Assembly: GCA_963640745.1 (NCBI GenBank)
Contig: CAVIBB010000001.1
Location: forward strand, 13,155 to 77,154
DNA from: Paludibacteraceae bacterium
GTDB lineage: Bacteria; Actinomycetota; Coriobacteriia; Coriobacteriales; Atopobiaceae
Reading direction: 5' to 3'
DNA length: 64,000 bases
The notes beneath the pieces are model-generated. The model was given only the letters and a program-made list of their open reading frames with translations, made no database searches and was not told the DNA's origin. Position 1 is the stretch's first letter; each line of letters begins with the position of its first letter. Shown in pieces: positions 58,782-64,000 of this stretch. Both the position numbers and the translations under genes were made by a program.

Positions 58782-58931
58782 TTCTACCTCCCTGTCTTGC
58801 TTCTTTCCTTGGTGAGAGACGCGCCCGATGGCCTAACACGGTCCTTACGTTTAGCAAACTCGCCGCTAAACTGGGCTACGTGTCGCGCTCACGGAATTCA
58901 ACTTGACAGAAAGAGAAGGTCGCGTGTTGCG

Positions 58932-58949
58932 GTTACGCCGAGTCGTAAC
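58932..58949. promoter_or_regulatory. Palindromic operator candidate in the amt/nhaA spacer
   Basis: GTTACG-N6-CGTAAC, followed by an extra CGTAAC half-site. Confidence 0.35.
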
Positions 58950-59075
58950 GATACGTAACGCGCGCACACCGACTCGAAACAGAACGGAATTTTATGTCGA
59001 TACGAATAAAATCACCGCGCCCCGCCGCCTGAATCCAATACTTGAATAAAGCTTGCCGGATTAATTGGAGCGCGT

Positions 59076-60452
59076 ATGTCTGCTGCCGTTACCACATCAA
59101 ATATCGTAGCTGTTCCCGCCGTGGCGAAGCGCTGTGCCCGCCGCCGGGGCCTCGCCCGCGTCACCGAGAACGGAACCGTCGCCGCCGCCGTCATGGTGCT
59201 TGCCGCCGTGGCCGCGGTCGTCGTCGCGAACACCGACGCCTACTACCCCGTGCGCGAGTTCCTGGAGCAGCCGCTCGGCTTCACGCTCGGTCCCCTGGCC
59301 TGTTCCATTACCGTCGAGGGCTTCGTCAACGACTTCCTCATGGCGATTTTCTTCCTGTCCGTGGGCATCGAGCTCAAGTTCGAGCTCACCGCGGGCGTCC
59401 TCACGAACCCGCGCCAGGCGCTCATGCCCATCCTCGCCGCGTGCGGCGGCGTGGCCGCGCCGGCCGTCATCTACACCCTGCTCAACTGGGGCGGGGCCAC
59501 GAGCGGCTGGGCGGTGCCCATCGCAACCGACATCGCCTTCGCGCTCGGCATCATGTCGCTCGCCGGCGATAAGGTCGCGCCCGCTGCCAAGGTGTTCTTC
59601 TCGACGCTCGCCATCGCCGACGACCTGCTCGGCATCATCGTGATCGCGCTCTTCTACGGGCAGTCGCCGTCGCTGCCGTGGCTCGCGGCATCGGCCGCCT
59701 GCTGCGTGGCCCTGTGGGTGCTCAACCGCCTGCAGGTCTACCACGCGCGCTGGTACGTGCTCGTGGGCCTGGCTCTGTGGGCCTGCATGCTCAACTCCGG
59801 CGTCCACGCGACGCTCGCGGGCGTCATCCTGGCCTTCTTCCTGCCGGTAAAGAGCGACATCAAGCTCGGCGACCTGCAGACCTGGCTCGGCGAGCGCGAG
59901 ACGGAGCTCGACGACGCCTACGACCCCGAGATGCACATCCTCGGGCAGCACGGCTTTACCAAGACCGCCCGCCGCGTGGAGAACATCATGCACCGCGTGA
60001 CGCCGCCGCTGCAGCGCGTGGAGGGCGCCATCTCCGTGCCGGTCAACTTCCTCATCCTGCCGCTGTTCGCCTTCGCCAACGCCCAGCTGCGTCTGGTCGG
60101 CGTCGACCCCGCGAGCATCCTCGGCGACCCCGTGGCACAGGGCGTCTTTCTCGGTCTCGTGCTCGGCAAGCCCCTGGGCATCGTCGCCGTCACGTTCGTG
60201 CTGGTAAAAATCGGGTTCTCCCCCCTGCCCGAGGGATCCAACTGGGGGCAGCTCGTCTGCGTGGGCGTGCTCGGCGGCGTCGGGTTCACCATGTGCATCC
60301 TGATCTCGGGCCTCTCGTTTACCGATAGCGCCGAGCAGCTGGCCGCCAAGTGCGCGATCCTCGCCGCGAGCGTCACGGCGAGCCTCCTCGGCCTGGCCCT
60401 TCTCAACGTCTTCCACGCCCTCGGCAAGAAGCGCGGCGGGCAAGGCGCGTAA
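59076..60452 (+). CDS. nhaA: Na+/H+ antiporter NhaA
   Basis: NDFLMAIFF, GWAVPIATDIAFALG, LAIADD, SGVHATLAG, GKPLGI, GFTM. Confidence 0.94.
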   Translation: MSAAVTTSNIVAVPAVAKRCARRRGLARVTENGTVAAAVMVLAAVAAVVVANTDAYYPVREFLEQPLGFTLGPLACSITVEGFVNDFLMAIFFLSVGIELKFELTAGVLTNPRQALMPILAACGGVAAPAVIYTLLNWGGATSGWAVPIATDIAFALGIMSLAGDKVAPAAKVFFSTLAIADDLLGIIVIALFYGQSPSLPWLAASAACCVALWVLNRLQVYHARWYVLVGLALWACMLNSGVHATLAGVILAFFLPVKSDIKLGDLQTWLGERETELDDAYDPEMHILGQHGFTKTARRVENIMHRVTPPLQRVEGAISVPVNFLILPLFAFANAQLRLVGVDPASILGDPVAQGVFLGLVLGKPLGIVAVTFVLVKIGFSPLPEGSNWGQLVCVGVLGGVGFTMCILISGLSFTDSAEQLAAKCAILAASVTASLLGLALLNVFHALGKKRGGQGA

Positions 60453-60499
60453 ACAGCCCGCCGAGGCCGAACCGGCCCACGCCGCATGCGAGGCGTTTC

Positions 60500-60554
60500 C
60501 ACAAAGCAAGGGCCGCCCGGAATCTCTTCCGAGCGGCCCTTCTTTCCATCAATT
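60500..60554. terminator. Bidirectional terminator, repeat copy 2
   Basis: GGGCCGCCCGGAA-TCTC-TTCCGAGCGGCCC stem. Confidence 0.75.
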
Positions 60555-60618
60555 GAGCAATCGTTAGCAGACGCCTGTCCCGCCGAATCCGGCGGCTCGA
60601 GCTGGCTCCCTGCGGCCC

Positions 60619-61371
60619 TTAGGAGTTCGCGGCCACTTTGAGCTCGAAGTAGGCGCGGTTGCTGGCGTACAGCTGGTCGAGGTTCTCGACCAGCGGCTTC
60701 TCCCAGTCGGGAAGCGCCTGGTAGCCCGCGAAGGCGGCGTCAATGCGATCGCTGCACTCCTGCGTGTACTCGACCACGTCTATGTCGTCGATGGCGAACT
60801 CGACCACGCGATGGGCGTCGGTGATGACCGGCTGGAGATTAACCACAATCTCGTTCTTGTTGTACGTGACGCTCTCGATCTTGAAGGAGCCGTTCGGGAC
60901 CTCCACCGTGGGGGTGATGGACCTCTCCGAGTCGAGCATCTGGTCGCTGTAGTGGACGTCGTTGTAGCCGACGAACTTGTAGCCGACTTTGGCCTTTCCG
61001 CTGCCCATGAACATCAGCGCAGTGCCCGTGCCGACCCTCAGGTTCTTGCTGGAGAGATCGACGGTATGGCTGGCCTCGCCCAGGTCGACGTTCAGCTCCT
61101 CGCCCATGAGAGCCGGGACGAAGTTCGACTTGGTGCCCGAGGCATACAGGGAGTAGTGGGTAAGCGTGTTGCCGTCAAACAAACTGTAGAGCATGATCGT
61201 GCTGCTCGTGTCCTCGGTCTCGGCCTCCTTAATCTGGGCCAGGACCTCCTCGGTTTCCATGGCCTGGGCGGAGGCAGGGGCCACCACAAGCGCGAAGGCG
61301 GCGGTGGCAAAAGCGGCGGTGGCAAAAGCGGCGGCGAGCTTTTTGGGCATGCTGAGGTTCTGCTTCTTCAT
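60619..61371 (-). CDS. Secreted hypothetical protein, paralog 1
   Basis: Signal peptide MKKQNLSMPKK...ASAQA; C-terminal helical module AIDDI...RIDAAFAGYQALPDWEKPLVENLDQLYA. Confidence 0.75.
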   Translation of the reverse strand: MKKQNLSMPKKLAAAFATAAFATAAFALVVAPASAQAMETEEVLAQIKEAETEDTSSTIMLYSLFDGNTLTHYSLYASGTKSNFVPALMGEELNVDLGEASHTVDLSSKNLRVGTGTALMFMGSGKAKVGYKFVGYNDVHYSDQMLDSERSITPTVEVPNGSFKIESVTYNKNEIVVNLQPVITDAHRVVEFAIDDIDVVEYTQECSDRIDAAFAGYQALPDWEKPLVENLDQLYASNRAYFELKVAANS

Positions 61372-61511
61372 GGTGGTTCTCCTTTTGGTTTCTTTCCCCC
61401 GGGCCTTGGACCTAAGGGGTGCTCCTGCTGACAACTGCATGATGCGCCGCCGGGCGTACCAAAAGCGCACCATAGGACACATCGCGGCCGCGCCCAGCGC
61501 GAGAACTAACG

Positions 61512-62255
61512 TTAGAGACCGTAATTCGGGTACATCGCGGCGTAGAGGGTATCGAGATTGCTGACCAGGTCCTTCTCGTACTTGGGGAGCCAGTTGTAGG
61601 CCTCCTTGGCCGCCTCGATACGCGCCTTGCACTCCGGCGTGTCCGTGACCTCGCCGATGGCGTCGATGGCCTTCTCGACCTCCTTGTAGGCCTGGGTGGC
61701 AGTGCGCTTCAGATAGACCGTGACGCTATCCTTGCTGAACACGATGCGACTGAGCTTGGAGGCAACGTATTCACCGTTCGCCTTTAGGCGCGTAGTACCC
61801 TTTGGGTCGAGCCTCCCATTGCTGATGTGGACGTACTCGTCCCCCTCGTAGCCAAGGAAGGCGGTCTGGTTTCCGCAGCCGGAGACATACAGGGCCGGAT
61901 CCGTTCCCACCGTGTAGTAACTGAAGTTAAAGTCGGAAAGATCCGCAACGTACGGGGTGGTCGACACGTCTGCGTGCACGTAATAGGTGCCGAGGTTCCA
62001 GTACCACTCAGAGTCGTAATCATCGCCAATATAGACGTGGTAGCTGATGAGCTCGGTCCCCGACTCGTTGTATATGGCCTCGACCGAGATTTTCTTCTTG
62101 GTGTTATCGTTCAGCGCGGAAATAACGGCGTCCTTGGCACTTGTGGTCTCGGCGTGGGCCACCGAAGGCATGGCCGTCAGGCTGGAGGCGGCGAGCAGGA
62201 CGGCGAAGGACGCGGCAACGAGCTTCTTGGGCAGGCTGAGGTTCTGCTTCTGCAT
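61512..62255 (-). CDS. Secreted hypothetical protein, paralog 2
   Basis: Signal peptide MQKQNLSLPKK...VAHA; C-terminal AIDAIGEV...RIEAAKEAYNWLPKYEKDLVSNLDTLYA. Confidence 0.75.
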   Translation of the reverse strand: MQKQNLSLPKKLVAASFAVLLAASSLTAMPSVAHAETTSAKDAVISALNDNTKKKISVEAIYNESGTELISYHVYIGDDYDSEWYWNLGTYYVHADVSTTPYVADLSDFNFSYYTVGTDPALYVSGCGNQTAFLGYEGDEYVHISNGRLDPKGTTRLKANGEYVASKLSRIVFSKDSVTVYLKRTATQAYKEVEKAIDAIGEVTDTPECKARIEAAKEAYNWLPKYEKDLVSNLDTLYAAMYPNYGL

Positions 62256-62506
62256 GATGGTTCTCCTTCTTTGATTTTTGGCCTCGCGGGCCTTGGTTTT
62301 CGGATCTCCCTGTGCACACCCCGCATAATGCGGTCCCGCTCGCATCAAAAACGCACCACGCGGCGCGGTACGGACACATTCGCTTGCGCGGGTCCGGCGA
62401 TGGGCGTGTATCCAGCGCGTCTCAAGCGGGGAAACACTTGTCGCGTCGCGCTCAGCGCGTGGTAAATTGCAAGAAATTTGGCAAAACGCAGCCCTAGGAG
62501 GCGCAC

Positions 62507-63721
62507 ATGACCAAGATCGCGATGAAGACCCCGCTCGTCGAGATGGACGGCGACGAGATGACCCGCATCATCTGGCAGATCATCAAAGACGAGCTCATCT
62601 CGCCCTACGTCGACCTCAAGACCGAGTACTACGACCTGGGCCTCGAGTACCGCGACAAGACCGACGACCAGGTCACCGTCGACTCCGCCGAGGCCACCAA
62701 GCGCCTGGGCGTGGCCGTCAAGTGCGCCACCATCACCCCGAACGCCGCGCGCGTCGAGGAGTACGGCCTCAAGCAGATGTGGAAGAGCCCCAACGGCACC
62801 ATCCGCGCCATGCTCGACGGCACCGTGTTCCGCGCCCCCATCGTGGTCAAGGGCATCGACCCCGTCGTGACCTCGTGGAAGAAGCCCATCACCATCGCCC
62901 GCCACGCCTACGGCGACGTGTACAAGAACGCCGAGATGCGCATCCCCGGCCCCGGCAAGGTCGAGCTCGTCTACACCGCGGCCGACGGCACCGAGACCCG
63001 CGAGCTCGTGCACGACTTCACCGGCGCGGGCGTGGTCCAGGGCCAGCACAACCTGGACGACTCCATCGAGAGCTTCGCGCGCAGCTGTTTCGAGTACGCG
63101 CTTTCCACCAAGCAGGACCTGTGGTTCGCCACCAAGGACACCATCTCCAAGAAGTACGACCACCGCTTTAAGGACGTCTTCGCCGACCTCTACGAGGCCG
63201 AGTACAAGGGCGCCTTCGAGGCCGCGGGCATCGAGTACTTCTATACGCTGATCGACGACGCCGTGGCCCGCATCATGAAGGCCGAGGGCGGCTTTATCTG
63301 GGCCTGCAAGAACTACGACGGCGACGTGATGAGCGACATGCTCTCCAGTGCCTTCGGCAGCCTGGCCATGATGACGTCCGTGCTGGTGAGCCCCCACGGC
63401 TACTACGAGTACGAGGCCGCCCACGGCACCGTCCAGCGCCACTACTACAAGCACCTCAAGGGCGAGCCGACCTCGACGAACTCCGTGGCAACGATCTTTG
63501 CCTGGACCGGTGCCCTGCGTAAGCGCGGCGAGCTGGACGAGACGCCCGAGCTGGTCAACTTCGCGAACCGCCTGGAGGCCGCGACCCTGCACACCATCGA
63601 GGCGGGCAAGATGACGGGCGACCTGGCGCGCATCACCTCGCTGGAGAACCCCACCACGCTCGGTACCCGCGAGTTCATCCTCGCCATCCGCGAGACCCTC
63701 GACGCCGAGGCTGCTGCGTAA
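62507..63721 (+). CDS. icd: NADP-dependent isocitrate dehydrogenase
   Basis: [39 protein letters not shown]. Confidence 0.97.
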   Translation: MTKIAMKTPLVEMDGDEMTRIIWQIIKDELISPYVDLKTEYYDLGLEYRDKTDDQVTVDSAEATKRLGVAVKCATITPNAARVEEYGLKQMWKSPNGTIRAMLDGTVFRAPIVVKGIDPVVTSWKKPITIARHAYGDVYKNAEMRIPGPGKVELVYTAADGTETRELVHDFTGAGVVQGQHNLDDSIESFARSCFEYALSTKQDLWFATKDTISKKYDHRFKDVFADLYEAEYKGAFEAAGIEYFYTLIDDAVARIMKAEGGFIWACKNYDGDVMSDMLSSAFGSLAMMTSVLVSPHGYYEYEAAHGTVQRHYYKHLKGEPTSTNSVATIFAWTGALRKRGELDETPELVNFANRLEAATLHTIEAGKMTGDLARITSLENPTTLGTREFILAIRETLDAEAAA

Positions 63722-63782
63722 GGCCGCGCCCCGTGCCACAAGCGTTGCCATAGCGCGGCAGGCATCTCCCAGACAGCCTCAG

Positions 63783-63817
63783 AGCCCGGCCGAGCTTCGC
63801 TCGGCCGGGCTTTTCTT
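63783..63817 (+). terminator. Intrinsic terminator after icd
   Basis: AGCCCGGCCGAGC-TTC-GCTCGGCCGGGCT followed by TTTCTT. Confidence 0.8.
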
Positions 63818-63861
63818 GCCGAAAACACACTCACGCAGGCGCCGACGAGCCTAAAGTCACA

Positions 63862-63982
63862 TAAGTGCACGTCTTAATTCGATGCGCTCAAGTATCCACG
63901 GCGACTTTCCCGACATTTGCGCAGGTCGGCCGAATATCCTTTTGCCGGATACCCGTCCAAGCCAAATTAAGACGTGCACTTA
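63862..63982. repeat. Long inverted-repeat element
   Basis: Perfect 18-bp arms TAAGTGCACGTCTTAATT / AATTAAGACGTGCACTTA, inner GTATCC/GGATAC pair, central TTTGCGCAGGT. Confidence 0.8.
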
Positions 63983-64000
63983 CGCGTTATTTCGGTTCGC

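Overview
High-GC, mostly housekeeping chromosomal window. Gene content and codon style suggest Coriobacteriia (Atopobiaceae/Olsenella-like); this is an inference. In order it contains: a LacI-regulated rhamnogalacturonan/pectin utilisation locus (CE12-like esterase, PL4 lyase, two GPH/MFS transporters, a mutarotase-like protein, GH28), a DUF2974 hydrolase, a VapBC-type TA pair, uvrB, a TPR protein, slt-coaE, tRNA-Val(GAC), pepV, a YfhO protein, PHP phosphatase/MFS/AraC, nadABC-niaR, MarR plus a heterodimeric ABC exporter, citrate synthase, CarD, a Tat-lipoprotein cyclophilin, an aminotransferase, nrdD, CBS-PPase, trmB, GDPD, DUF1848, a YedE/TusA/DUF3343/two-desulfurase sulfur-selenium cluster, an Amt-PII fusion, nhaA, two secreted paralogs and icd. 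No transposase, integrase or cas gene is visible. The most unusual signal is non-coding. Four intergenic mirror-image arrays, built from three unrelated 23-27 bp core sequences, all keep an exact 41-bp period and flip orientation at a centre. There are also several long-hairpin elements, two of which are 127-bp copies with compensatory changes in their arms.
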